DNA of 64,000 nt from Neoechinorhynchus agilis (GCA_051530055.1 CM121342.1:11485480-11549479); one strand, 5' to 3'; shown: positions 1-11,478, counted from the stretch's first letter. The notes: a model not told the origin generated them from the letters alone. Made by a program: numbers and translations.

Positions 1-700
1 GTTTTTCTTGTACGGACGCCCTTATTTCCATCTACGATGCTCTTCTTCATAACCTCGACTCACACCCTTTATTTATATCTCGACTCATCCAAATCGACAT
101 TGATAAAGCTTTTGATTCCGCGGATCACAATCATCTCCTTGACACATGCTCTAAATTTAGTCTTGCCGCACAGAACTGTTCAATATGTCCTTCTGTCACT
201 TGCTATGCAGATGATCTGACGGCCATCATCAAGGAGCCCAACTATATATGGGTGCGATAGCTTTCTCTGATGGGCCTCGAGCTCAATCCCAACAAAACTA
301 AATTTATTTTTAAATTTAAATTAGTGCTAGGGAAACGCAAAGTCAGAGAATTCTGCTTGGACTTCTTTAAGCTGGATAGCCTCCTTCATTATAATTAGTA
401 TTGACATTCTGGGGTATACTTTCAATACTAATTTGAGTATTACGCGCGACACATTTAATCTCAAGAAACTGCTGAAGATTGCCAGAATCGGTGGCAAAAC
501 TGCATTTAGTCTATATCTTGGACTAAACGCGATCAAACCGGTCTGGAATTCCTGAGCTATTTCGGCCTTGTCTTCTTCTCTAAGGGTAGACTGCCAGAAC
601 AACGCCTGAAATTTCTCAGTACCTTTCTTGATGTCTTAAATAAGCTCCCTTATTATCCCTTCGGTCAATACCCCTCTTAGCCCGCGAAAAGATGCTTAAA
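1..700 (+). mobile_element. Degenerate non-LTR (LINE) reverse transcriptase fragment, internally deleted
   Basis: Manual translation gives LIQIDIDKAFDSADH (~84-128), CYADDL (~203-220), LELNPNKTK and ILGYTF. These are RT domain and thumb motifs, with stops and frameshifts between them. Confidence 0.7.
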
Positions 701-819
701 TGGATAGATTTGTGAGCATCTTTATCTCTTGTGACCCACATTCTTGATTTTTCATGCTAGCGCGTGCCTTTCCGAACAAATCATTATTATATATTTAGTT
801 TTGAACGTTTTATGTTATA

Positions 820-1044
820 ATGTCGGACATCATGCGGTTTTTGACGTTGATGGCGGAGGGTGGCAAACGGCCACCCAATTCCTTAAGGATTACTGTGCCT
901 CCGGACATTCGGAGACAAATCATCGGCAATTCCATTGATCTTCCGTCAACGGGCGTTGATGAAACAGTGATCTCTGACTCTCCCGATAACTGCGGGGGGC
1001 CGGTACCGATCGAGCAGCGAGATCAAATGATCTCTTATTTCTAA
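820..1044 (+). CDS. Short ORF of unknown function (possible exon remnant)
   Basis: 74-aa ATG-initiated ORF, more GC-rich than its flanks, just upstream of a kinase remnant. No recognisable motif. Confidence 0.2.
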   Translation: MSDIMRFLTLMAEGGKRPPNSLRITVPPDIRRQIIGNSIDLPSTGVDETVISDSPDNCGGPVPIEQRDQMISYF

Positions 1045-1179
1045 ACGAAAACATCTTCAAGTGTCTTCTCAGAACATTATCAAGCCCTTCCTTCCAAAAG
1101 ATGGCCTTTTGTGGTCACCGTCAAGTCAAACCACATTCTTCCAAAAAAGTCATGTACGATACTCTTATAACTCCTTGGG

Positions 1180-1700
1180 CTCACACATTCAATATCGATG
1201 GTATAAAGCGAGTGGATAAACGCGAAGTCAAGATGTTTAAGGCAATAAAAGAGGCCGATGGAGAACGAGCTAATATCGCAGTCCCTTCGAAATGTTCAAG
1301 TATTGCGGTCATCAGTGCATGATTCTTGAACACTACGAAATTGACCTTCATGTGTTTATAAACACATTTGGACCAATGAAAATCAATAGGTTGTTCTCCT
1401 TGGCATACCAAATGTTGCGAGCATTAGAGAAGCTAAAAGATCTGAATATCATCCACCGATAGTATCCTTGAACAGCATTATTGGTCTCATGCCTCGAGAT
1501 TACCGGACACAACAAGATCCATAAAACGCCAACAAATTTTTGACAATGCTGGGTCACCTGCTTGAACGTATCCCCGAGGATCGAGGTGATCCCACGGTCG
1601 GGGCCAAACAAAAATGGAGACGTCGCTCAAGTTTCCGAATAACGAGCGGCGATCATTTTCGTACTTTTTACGAAGAAAAGAATCAGTATGATTATGTGGA
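1180..1700 (+). pseudogene. HIPK/DYRK-like (CMGC) kinase fragment, copy 1
   Basis: KMFKAIKEADGERANIAV...HQCMILE...YQMLRALEKLKDLNIIH, then MLGHLLERIPEDR. Homologous to the fuller copy at 50344-51232. Ends at a GTGAGC donor-like site (~1700). Confidence 0.7.
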
Positions 1701-2479
1701 GGTGAGCATTAACGAAAAAGGTAAATATTCGTAAACCTTGTTAGGAACAAAGTATTTGGCGTTTTTGGCTGAAACGTTCCTTATTCTACAAATACGATAA
1801 TGTGTTTATCCAAATATTGGTACCAAAACATCAACATTTTGCTTTTATCGAATACCTGAAGCCACTCTTTTCAATTTAAACATAGAAAAACATTGTATCA
1901 AAAATGAAGTTTGTTAACGATTTAAGAGAGAATCTATTACCTAATTCAAAAAAAAACCGAAGTAAAAATTATTTAAACAATGTTTTTATTTCGCAGAAAA
2001 ATTGTAGTTTATTTTCTTACACTGACTTTTATTTATTTGCTTAGTTTTTGAAACTCTAGCTGCATTTAAAAAAATTTCGAGGATGTCTTAAAAATTTAAC
2101 ATGTAATCAAAATTGTAAGTTTCAAGAATACTTCGTTGCTGCGGATTCGCCATTCTATACAACAATCTTTTAATCACATAGAGAAAATCCACCGGGATTG
2201 TAAATTTTGACTTGTGTTGGAGATAATCCCGGTTAAAAATCATTTTATTCTTCTGAAATATTTCGCGAAGAAACCTCGCCTTCTCAATCATCTAAAAACC
2301 ATTTTGACTATTGTCATTCCTATGTTTTATCTAATAAGTTCGGGTTGACAGGTTGAAGATCTCGTCGTATTACAGAATTGCGTACTTAGAAGAAATTAGT
2401 TCAACAGACTCCTAAAGAAGATATTAAATTTAGACACCCTATTAAGAGTGGGATCTTTTGCTAGTCTCTCAAATTTGTC

Positions 2480-2673
2480 TGTTTTAAGTTTTTACTGGCA
2501 AGCCGGTATTGTTTTTTTATCATCATTAAATTTTAGTATGTCTCTTCCTGCCCGGCTTATTTTTAGGCATAAAGCTAAACCAATTACATCAGAGCAGTGA
2601 TATAACCACATAGTCTCCAATGCGCGGTTAATAGTTTGTACATTACTCCGGATCCTCAGATACCTCCAGGAGG
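2480..2673 (-). mobile_element. 5'-truncated copy of the tRNA/hammerhead SINE-like element (cleavage-site strand plus tail)
   Basis: The reverse complement reads CCTCCTGGAGGTATCTGAGGATCCGGAG...CTATGTGGTTATATCAC...TAAGCCGG, matching 49791-49920. It continues into tail sequence shared with 49435-49525. Confidence 0.85.
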
Positions 2674-3900
2674 AAATCAGGATGTTAAATTTTGACTTAT
2701 CTAAAAATCAATGCTTTATTAAGATCGTTTTTACCATTGTGTCTGAGATGAGGAAACTTAACGTCGAGCAATACAATATGTTTACGGCTGAAGTAAATTC
2801 TCTCTTCACCAATGTCCCTCTGATTAAAGCAATTGAATTTTCGGCCGACTTACTTACCAAGCATTGTAATGAACTACGTTTGGACCTGGCTACTTGGCAT
2901 TCACTGATCCAATGGTACACAAGGATGACCGCGTTTGAATTCGAAGAGACATTCTATGGAGTAGCCATGGGATCACCATTAGCTCCGACCTTAGGGGCAT
3001 CTACATGCGGGAGTGGGAGTCCACTTTCTTGGCACGTCATAAGGATGTTAATCGGTGGTGGCGGTATGTGGATGATGTGTTCATTATGATTGATTCTAAC
3101 CACAGCAACGAATCACTTAAGGAAGCATTGAACAGTCAAGATCTGCACATTCAGTGGACCGTTAATAACGAGAATGACAAAGGAGAGATTCCGTTCCTGG
3201 ACGTCCTGATTAAACGGTCAACACAAGGCTAGGGTAAGCATTGCTGTATTTCGCAAGTCCAATGTGTCTTGGGGTCCACCGTTCTGATCCATTCATCAAC
3301 CAATGAGGCTCAAGATCTCCGTGGTGTCTCTGTATTTTCGGAGAGCCTTTCTAATATCGTCCACTCGAGTTGCGTGGATTAAGGAAAGAGATAGTACCGT
3401 GAGGGAATTGCGAATAAGAAAATACCCTAAATGGATAATTGACTGCGGGATTGAGGAGAAATCGCCGAACACAAAACAAAAACCGCTCCCAGAATACGTG
3501 AAATTCGAAAGAGTGGAATTTGTTAGTGATGCAACAAACCAAATGATCGATTCGATTGTGAGGACTGAGGTTGGAGCTCGAGTGTACAATCAGATAGGCA
3601 TCACCTTCGCTAACACGTTCAAGAGGAAGGTGCAAAATAATGCGACTTGCGGGTGTATAAAATACAGTGCACTCAATGTGACAAGGTGTACACCGGCCAA
3701 ACATTGCAAGGCATTCCTAGAAGAGTCACCCAGCATAAACAAGCCTGTCGACGGTTCGATCACGCATTTGCGGTTTAAACCACCAGGAAACTGCAACATC
3801 GCATAGATTTTGATGACACTGAATTTATAGAGGAGCCAAATCCCGGAAGGTACTTTCTGCGGCCAATACAATGGAAAGCAATAAGGCGAATTTCAGCTTA
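2674..3900 (+). mobile_element. Penelope-like element, 5'-truncated and degenerate (RT + GIY-YIG)
   Basis: VNSLFTNVP, GVAMGSPLAP, WWRYVDD and IPFLDVLI, followed by VYKIQCTQCDKVYTGQT (~3653-3705). Frameshifted. Confidence 0.9.
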
Positions 3901-4539
3901 AAACTACCTGCTCGTGATGTAGTTAAAATCAATAGAACACACGATACAGTGCAGGGTTTACAAGCGGGCACGCGGCCTCCAAACCTTGTTGGAAGTAGCG
4001 AATCTGTCAACCCGAGCCTATTAGATAAAACATAGGAATGGCAATAATCAAAAACCTTTTTGGATGATTGAGAAGGCGAGATTTCGTCGCGAATTATTTC
4101 AGAATAATAAAATGATTTTTTAACCGGGAGTGGCTTCGCCACAAGTCAAAATTTAACATAACGATGGATTTTCTCGATGTGATTAATTCAACTTGATGTA
4201 AATTCGCACCACAATCTCCCATCTACGACTTAAACAGTTCGTACAGTGGAGATTTCGTTGAGTATTCCATAGAGGGAATCGATGCGAACGTAACAGAATC
4301 TTTAGGAAAATGCCATTTTTAGGTTACGAACCACATTTAAGGCTTAATATAAGTTACTCGTATATCCGCTTTGATCCATTGCCCAAACGAACGCACCATG
4401 GTCCTGGTTGAAGGTTGAAAATATTGAAAGTTCCATTTGGGAAACAACTTTGCCTTCACGAATTCAATGTGGCGATCGCAGTATCTTCGTTATTAAGCCA
4501 TTATTATAATTTGTAGCGGCGAAGCCTCTTATTGCTCTA

Positions 4540-4860
4540 CGGAGCATCCATCACCTTAATTCTGGGCTTATTAACCTCGCGTATGGTTCGCCTAGGCTAA
4601 AGCTCAATTCGTCCTCCGAAAAATCACAGTGGATGAAAAAAAATTCTATCATGTGATTGTGGCCCTTGATCAGGATATCGCCAATTGATTGATCGATTTA
4701 ATTGAACCTCCACCTCAACAAAACAAATGCGAAGTGCTGAAGGGTCACCTCTTGGGTACATTCTAGTTATCCGAGCAGGAACGTGCCAGTCGCATTCTCC
4801 ACATAGAAGAACTCAGTGACTCCAAGCAATCGGAGTTGATGGGCAGGATGCTGAGCTAGC
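4540..4860 (+). mobile_element. Ty3/gypsy gag N-terminal remnant
   Basis: WFA*AKAQFVLRKITVDEKKFYHVIVALDQD...PPP...LKGHLL...SEQERASRIL..EELSDSKQSELM resembles a common gypsy gag N-terminus. Contains in-frame stops. Confidence 0.65.
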
Positions 4861-4975
4861 CCGGGAAACACCCGCAATGTTTTCTATTTCTATAAATTTT
4901 CATGGAGCGGCGCGTTCCATAGCGGCGGTTGCTGCTCCATGGTTGCGAATTTTATGTTGCTGGCTACAAGCGTTA

Positions 4976-6420
4976 GAAACCGAACTTCCTCTCAGAAGCA
5001 ATGAAAAATAAAGTTTTAGAATTTATAGAAACAAACGGAATTTTGTGCAGCTAATAAGCTCTTAAATGAATGAAAGGAACCTACGTATTGGGAAATGTTT
5101 TTGTCGGTATCTCAAACGCTCATCAAGATAATTAATTATGATTTACAAATCTTAAGACCTTTAGAATGTACTTTATTTTGTCACAATCTTTTATGGATTT
5201 TAATATCATGTTGCCTAAAGTCACGTTACAAATTTCAGTTAAAGGCATGATCAAAAATTGTATTTAATAATCTCTTTATTGTTTCGAGCCGAATGGCCGT
5301 GTAAATACTCAGCGAGCTAAAACGTTAAATTATATTTTGCGGAATCACATGCATAACAAGGCATAAGTCTTAGAAAATCTTTCAAAACCTATTTCTCCAT
5401 TAGACCGTTCGTTTGGGCCCCATATCAAGATGGGCAACATAATTAAATTGACTAAAATTTTATTTTGGTTCTAGAAACATTTTTTAAGTGAGGTTGAGAA
5501 ATTGAGGTAAAAATGCCATAAACTGATACGACAAACGGATCTTAGTAAATAAAATGCGAATTCTGGTTAAATAACGGTTATGATTTTACCTTTATAAAAA
5601 CCGGCCATGCGGAATTTCGAAGATAAATAATAATTTCTTACAGTCAATTTGTTAATAATGTAAAAAATAAATGTTATTACTATCGAAGGGTTTGAAGTTA
5701 TTTGAACGCTTTCTGATTTGCCTAATTTTAAAAAGTGAGGCAACGTGATCGCTGATTTTCAAAAATCTTATGTCCCTATATATCGTAAATACTCCAAGCA
5801 CACAAAGAAAAATATAGGCGGTTTTGTCGATATCCAATCCCTTCATCGGCGTAGGTGATCTTCATCTTTTATAAACCATCAGTGAGATGATATCAATCAA
5901 CTTGGAATGTGGATTCGTCGTCCTTTTTGCCGCCTCTTATTGGAGTATTCGTCTAGGTATTCTTCTATGTAGTCCGGGTCTGTCATTTTGTAGTCGCCGC
6001 TGATTCTGGGTAACCGTTGATGACTTCTATTAGTGTCCATTTTGCCTAGTAATTTTCAGTGTTCGGCCTCGAATTCCAGGATTTGTCAGGGCAAGAGCAA
6101 TCAAATTCGGACTTGGAACGTCTGTTCCTGATGTTTCAGCGATGCGCTTACAGGGATCGGTTTCATTATTTTGCTTTATATCACAAACGAACAGGGGATG
6201 AAAATCTTAAACCCCCGCAGGCCGTTACTAAGATCCGGTTGCGTGTTACTGAGATCCTATTGGTTCATCCTAGAAATCCACACAGTCCATGGCAAAACTG
6301 GAATTTTAAAAAATGGTTAAGATTGACGATTGCAGCGGTCACCGGAGTCCCAGTCTTCGTTAATTATGGATCACCGTTGAGGACTTGTAATAAAGCTAAT
6401 TTTGTCTAAAAATCTTCAGA
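4976..6420. repeat. Dispersed unidentified repeat module M, copy 1
   Basis: Colinear similarity (~80-85% by eye) to 55822-56902 and 58065-59790. Confidence 0.85.
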
Positions 6421-7129
6421 AATCATAACAGATCTGTTCCCAATCGTAGCTGTGAAGAATTTCTGATGTTCAAATCATTCTTCAAGATATTAACCTACTT
6501 TGGTGTTTCCCATTACTGAGAAGAGGGGTTTGATTTCTGATAATAAAGTTCTCGTGGTCCACAATTTTCACCTTCGCTCAACTTTATCGGATGAACTTCA
6601 TTTTAAACAGAGAAATGGCCGATTAAATACAGAACCTCGCGATTCGCCGCTTGACATAAAAAGAGTTACGGATTTTCATTTGTTAAATAACGTCTGAAAC
6701 CTACTGATCGGATCGTAATTTTTAAGTATTTCTTCGTGGAACACGCCGTCAGGAACAAAGGCAAGATTATTACCAGTTCAGTGGACATTTCGGTTGTCCA
6801 TCTGAATGGAAAGTATCCCAGGCGAGCTCTTATGGACGACGACTCCGATGTTGTATTGTTGAATAGTGGTGGCATTATGGGAACAGGTGATCATAACAAT
6901 AATCCTTTAAATTACATACCGTTCGTACATTTAAAAGGATATATTCAGCTTTCAAGGTTTTTAATACCAAGAGAATATTTGATTGGCTGCAGTATTTGTA
7001 AGTCCGAAGGTGCTACCTAAAACGTGAAGCGAAAGTATATGGAAGGGTAAAGGTTGACACGTTAAGAAGTTGTGAAGCGAATGTTTGGCAAAATGATAAA
7101 TCGAGAGAATTAGAAGTGACAGTGGTCAA

Positions 7130-7995
7130 TCACGCTACGATATGTTAATTTGGATTTCCGCGGTCGAGAACATTCAAAATGAAAGTGCCGTCTCAGGTTT
7201 ATGTCAAGAGAATGGATTTGGAGGAGGAAGTTGGGAACATTTGGGAGGAGTTGGCAAAATTATTCGCGGAAAAGACGGCTGGAATCAAGGGCTTTAACAT
7301 GAAATTACACTTATCGAGTGAAACTAATCCAATACGATGTCCAGCGAGACGAACTCGTAAACAAGATATTCGGAGATTGATGAAACAGGAAATTCTGGAA
7401 AGTGTGAATATAACAGAGGAAGAAGTCGAATGGGTGACTAGATGTGATCAACCCGTTTTAAAGGACTGAAAGCTATCATATCCGCAGGTGGAACAATTGT
7501 ATGAAAAACTAAGGTGGTCTCAAATATTCCATTATAGACTATGCACATTTACAATTGGTGGTGGACGAAAAAAACAAGTCTTCATTAACGATTACGACAC
7601 TGTGGGGATATTTCCGACACCTGCGACTACCTTTAGGAGTATCGGTTTAAACAATTAGATACGGCAAAGTAAAGAACCAATCTTTTGGTGGGATGCTCCC
7701 AGTAAAGCCTGGAGTCTCTTACATCTAGATTTGGCTGACTGGTTAATAATGAAATGTACTTGGTGGCTGTTGATGCCTGCAGCAAGTGGACGAAAATATG
7801 AAACCTGGGAAGTTTAACGGTAACATCTCGAATAATTGGAAGGTTAAGAGAGAATGTTTCGCCCGTTTCGGAGTACCTGAAAACCTTTCACGGGCAATGG
7901 TCCGCAATTTGTGTTCAAAGAGTCTCAACAATTCTGCAATGAGCATGGTAAATTGGATTATGAATATAGCAACCATAAATCAGCATATACAATCA
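7130..7995 (+). mobile_element. Ty3/gypsy pol remnant (RT and integrase pieces, internally deleted)
   Basis: GIKGFNMKLHL...PIRCPARR, LTITTLWGYFRHLRLPLGVS (RT), and LHLDLA...VAVDACSKW plus CFARFGVPE (integrase). Confidence 0.7.
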
Positions 7996-8299
7996 TAGAT
8001 GATCACGCCAATTCTCAACTCAAAACTCGTTCCTTACATTGCCAATCATTAATCCCAACACAAATTTTCGATTCAATCTAGTACATCTGTCTTTTGGGTA
8101 ATCAGTCCTTTGAGACCGAAAACTTGTATCGATTCCTCTCTTAATTAATCATTTATGGTACCCAAATGAACATAAATCTCCCTTATTTCCACCCGAATTT
8201 ACCCAAACCCATAATTCCCTTCTTAACCGTAATCTACTCCAGCGCTCGAAGCTTCTTCTCTAAACTAGATGAAATATCACTTATTTCATCTATGAAATC

Positions 8300-8584
8300 A
8301 ACATTCTAAAAACAATGATTGGAGATACCTATCAAGTCTTTATCTACGAAACCATATCTCCAAAGCGGGAATTCTTATACCAATCTCTTAGCTCGTTTGA
8401 ATTACCAGCAAATTTGGTTTATAAAATTTACAATCCTTTGGAAACAAAATCTTTTTACTTACAAGTTGACTCTGACTGCACTTATTTCTACACTAAGCAC
8501 GGAGTCCCTCAAGATTCACCTCTCTCCCTAACGCTCTTCATGTTAATCACGATGTGCATATTCAGAAAAATGAACAATCGGTAG
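8300..8584 (+). mobile_element. LINE RT fragment related to the 29140-33050 family
   Basis: YQSLSSFELPANLVYKI...GVPQDSPLSLTLF aligns with YEALGYFKVPKNIQDKI...GVPEGSPLSPTLF at 30037-30522. Confidence 0.7.
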
Positions 8585-8732
8585 TTTAGATCGATGTTCG
8601 GACATCTAACCTTATCTTAATATAAATGGAGGTAATTTCTAAAAAAAAAATATCCCATTGTGGTCTCGCGTAAATGTCAAATTAAAATTAAGGACATCTT
8701 AAACAAAGTTTATCATCAATATTTTTTAAGTA

Positions 8733-9119
8733 AAGTTTTTGAATGTCATTGAAGATGAACAAGGAGTCATCGAAAAGCTACATCATTCTGAACTCTATTG
8801 TAAGCTTTGTAATGTCGAAATCATCAATCATGATAATATGACAATGCATATGAACGACCGTAAATACAAACAAAACGCCAGGAAGACCGGTGAACAAGTG
8901 AACGTATAACTGGACTGCGACCTGGATGCATTTGCTATTCCGGACGATAAGAAGAAGGATATTCTACCTATGCTTTCCGGTCAAACTCTGGTTTTCGATC
9001 GCTATTGCAAACATTGCGATAAATTCTTGTCGGGGAAGTACCAAGTAATTTTGCATATTAAGAGTTATAAGCATCGTATGAAGGTAGGTGAAGAAATCCC
9101 GGAGTGTAACGTGAAATAG
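8733..9119 (+). pseudogene. Double C2H2 matrin/JAZ-type zinc-finger exon with one in-frame stop
   Basis: A 129-codon frame holds YCKLCNVEIINHDNMTMHMNDRKYK and YCKHCDKFLSGKYQVILHIKSYKH. TAA at 8907-8909, terminal TAG at 9117-9119, preceded by TTTTTTAAG (acceptor-like) ending at 8730. Absent from the ORF track. Confidence 0.7.
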
Positions 9120-9329
9120 CAAAAAAGTCTCTCTTTATAAATAATTAATTATAATCTTTAATATTTGTGTTCGCGTAAAAGAATGCAGTTTTCTAGTCCG
9201 AACTTATTTTAAACACAAAGCAGCGCGATTTTAAATTTCTTAGGACGATCGCATTTAAGTGTGACTGTTCGACTTTCTAGGAATTGGGTAATAGATTGTC
9301 TCTTAAATCGTAAATAAAACTACATTTTT

Positions 9330-9900
9330 TATACAATGTTTTTCTAAGTAGAGATTGAAAAAGAGTGACTTTAAGTATGCTATAAACGCAAAATGTAAAT
9401 GTTTCTGTATAAATATTTGGATAAACACATTATCGTATTTGTAGAAAAAGGAACGTTCTAGCCCTTAACGCCAAATATTTTGTTCCTAATAACGTTTCCG
9501 AATATTTACCGTTTCCGTCAATACTCACGTCCACAAAATCATATAATTCTTTTCATCGATGAAAACACGAAAATGATCGCCGCTCTTTATTCCGAAACTT
9601 GAGCGACGTCCCCATTTTTGTTTGTTAACGACGTCAAAAACTTGTTGGTGTTTTGCGGGTCTTCAGGAACCAAAGACATTATCGGTGAATGCAACGCACT
9701 GCTGCTCAACGGAAAGATTCCTCGACTATATTATAGTATTGCAATGTTCGAAATTCATTATCAAGAACTGCGTTCGAGATAAAAACTCTTGTTATCGTCA
9801 TTCTTGTGATTTCGACCCCTTCGTACTGGACTCAACGAAGGATGTTCATCGATCGGACTTGTCGTGTAGACAAAAAATGGCACATCCGGTTCATTCATCC
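9330..9900 (-). pseudogene. HIPK-like kinase 3' fragment and its downstream flank, copy 2
   Basis: The reverse complement matches 51000-51220 (kinase C-lobe) and 1580-1950 (end of exon plus flank). Confidence 0.7.
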
Positions 9901-9986
9901 CAATATACAGTGGAGGTGGGTTGCTCAATCGTTTCTGGATCATTTACTCGATAGATTAGATGGTTACTACTCGCTTCTTAATCCGA

Positions 9987-10541
9987 TCAACCGATCATTT
10001 CCATGATCAGATTACTGGCTGTAGTGAATAAAACTCGATAGAAGATAATATTAGCTATTAGAACTAGCCATAATTCCATAAACGTAATTCGTATGGTCGC
10101 TACCTGCTGGCTTTTAGAAATAGGTAACATCACATCATACAGTAAACCAAGACAGAGTAAGGAAAGGACGAAAGCCATCAGGATGAAACTGATAAAAGCA
10201 ATGTAGATTCCATTGACTATTCTATTTTTTAAACGTCCTCGTGAAGAAGACCTGTAGGTTTTTAAAAGAAATACGCAGATCAATTTAAGAGTGAAGGTAA
10301 TGCAATTGATAAGGAACCAAAATAAGAACGTTACACGACTTTGTTCAAATTTTATTCTCGATTTCTCCTCGCTCGGAACATACCTTCGGCTACCCAAAAG
10401 TGCAAACCCTGCCATTATACTTACAATTCCATGAACTACAGCAGATGAAAACAATAGGCTATACCATTTCCGTCCACGCATTATTGCTTGAAATAGCTTT
10501 TTGCAATAATAGTTGTAAATAGAAACAAAGAAAGTACGCAT
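9987..10541 (-). CDS. Putative multi-pass membrane protein fragment (184 aa)
   Basis: Open frame with about four hydrophobic segments separated by basic linkers. A possible frameshifted N-terminus lies at 10459-10689. No family recognised. Confidence 0.4.
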   Translation of the reverse strand: MRTFFVSIYNYYCKKLFQAIMRGRKWYSLLFSSAVVHGIVSIMAGFALLGSRRYVPSEEKSRIKFEQSRVTFLFWFLINCITFTLKLICVFLLKTYRSSSRGRLKNRIVNGIYIAFISFILMAFVLSLLCLGLLYDVMLPISKSQQVATIRITFMELWLVLIANIIFYRVLFTTASNLIMEMIG

Positions 10542-10739
10542 ACTCGTGATCCATCGACGATTCAGTCACATACAACCAAGTAACGATGCTAAATATCAAA
10601 GTCTTTCTCCAAGAATTTTTTGCCCGCTTCGCGATATTCATGAGTCGTAAAATATGAAAGCTAAGCCTCTTACCTCGCTCGGAAAGCATAAGAAATCGAA
10701 TTGCTTGGACATGGAATTGTTCATGCCATTTTATATGGC

Positions 10740-10982
10740 AGAACCTAATAAATTACTTCAATTTTTTTGCAAACATAAAAAAGAAATCGAATTCATTAGT
10801 ATCGACTTTTTTAAACGAAAAAAATTTATAATGTTGGATAGTAAACTGGTAAAGCGTTTCTTTTACGATTTAGGAAACTCATTCCTAAAGTTAACGAACA
10901 AAAATTTCCGGTTTGCTTGTATGTGATGAAATATCGAACTTATAACAAGTTACTGTATTTTTTTCGCAACATAAAAAAGGAA
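10740..10982 (+). repeat. ~190-bp repeat unit array, cluster 1 (resumes at 11479-11646 after the Penelope insertion)
   Basis: The unit ...TTACTTCAATTTTTT..CATAAAAAAGAAATCGAATTCATTAG...AACTGGTAAA(A/G)CGTTTC...AAAGTTAACGAACAAAAA... recurs at 18290-18720 and 37766-38220. Confidence 0.85.
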
Positions 10983-11478
10983 TTGTAAATAAATTATTCA
11001 TTATAGAGTTTGTATTCAGCTTTGTTGCCAACAAAAGTACTTGCTTGCTGGATCATGATGGCTTCCATAGTCAGATTCCATGTTCGAATTACAGTCTACA
11101 ACATGTGGGATAAACGAACAATCTAAAAAGAAGGATTGCTGAGCACAGAAGAGCAGCTATCAAAAGTCTGACGTGAGCTCGGCAATAGTGTCTCACATCA
11201 ATGGCAGTGGGCATGAAATAGATTTTGATGGCGTCCAGGTTCTTGCGAGGAGTAACGTAAGACACGACAGTGACTATGGAAGCCATCATAATCCAGCAAA
11301 CGGGTACTTTGGTTGTCAACAAAGCTGACTACAAACTCGGTCTGCGAGTCCCGCCGGATAAACTATTTGACCATGCTTCTTTTAAATTGTAGATTGACTG
11401 AAGAAGGCCAACGAAAACACCGAAAATTTTCAAGGTAAATATATTTTCTGAATCAAACATCGCTAACTGAAACTGAAA
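10983..11478 (+). mobile_element. Short Penelope-like insertion (GIY-YIG C-terminus + 3' end) with 5' inversion and 12-bp TSD
   Basis: SAIVSHINGSGHEIDFDGVQVL motif. 11006-11073 is an inverted copy of 11271-11338. ATAAAAAAGGAA is duplicated at 10971-10982 and 11479-11490. Confidence 0.8.

Larger units (their letters stand above)
2171..4184. repeat. Diverged inverted repeat pair (2171-2354 and 4001-4184)
   Basis: The reverse complement of 4001-4184 aligns with 2171-2354 at roughly 80-85% by eye. Confidence 0.8.

Noticed and set aside
2545-2700. Plus-strand reading (HK..KP...HIVSNA...YLQEEIRML) as the N-terminal continuation of the Penelope RT
   Set aside because: The resemblance depends on a 1-nt insertion unique to this copy. 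The two copies near 49.6-49.9 kb have stops in that frame, and the opposite strand explains the sequence as ribozyme strand C plus tail.
4901-4941. 11-bp GC-rich hairpin as a Helitron 3' end
   Set aside because: No CTRR terminus at the expected distance and no second copy.
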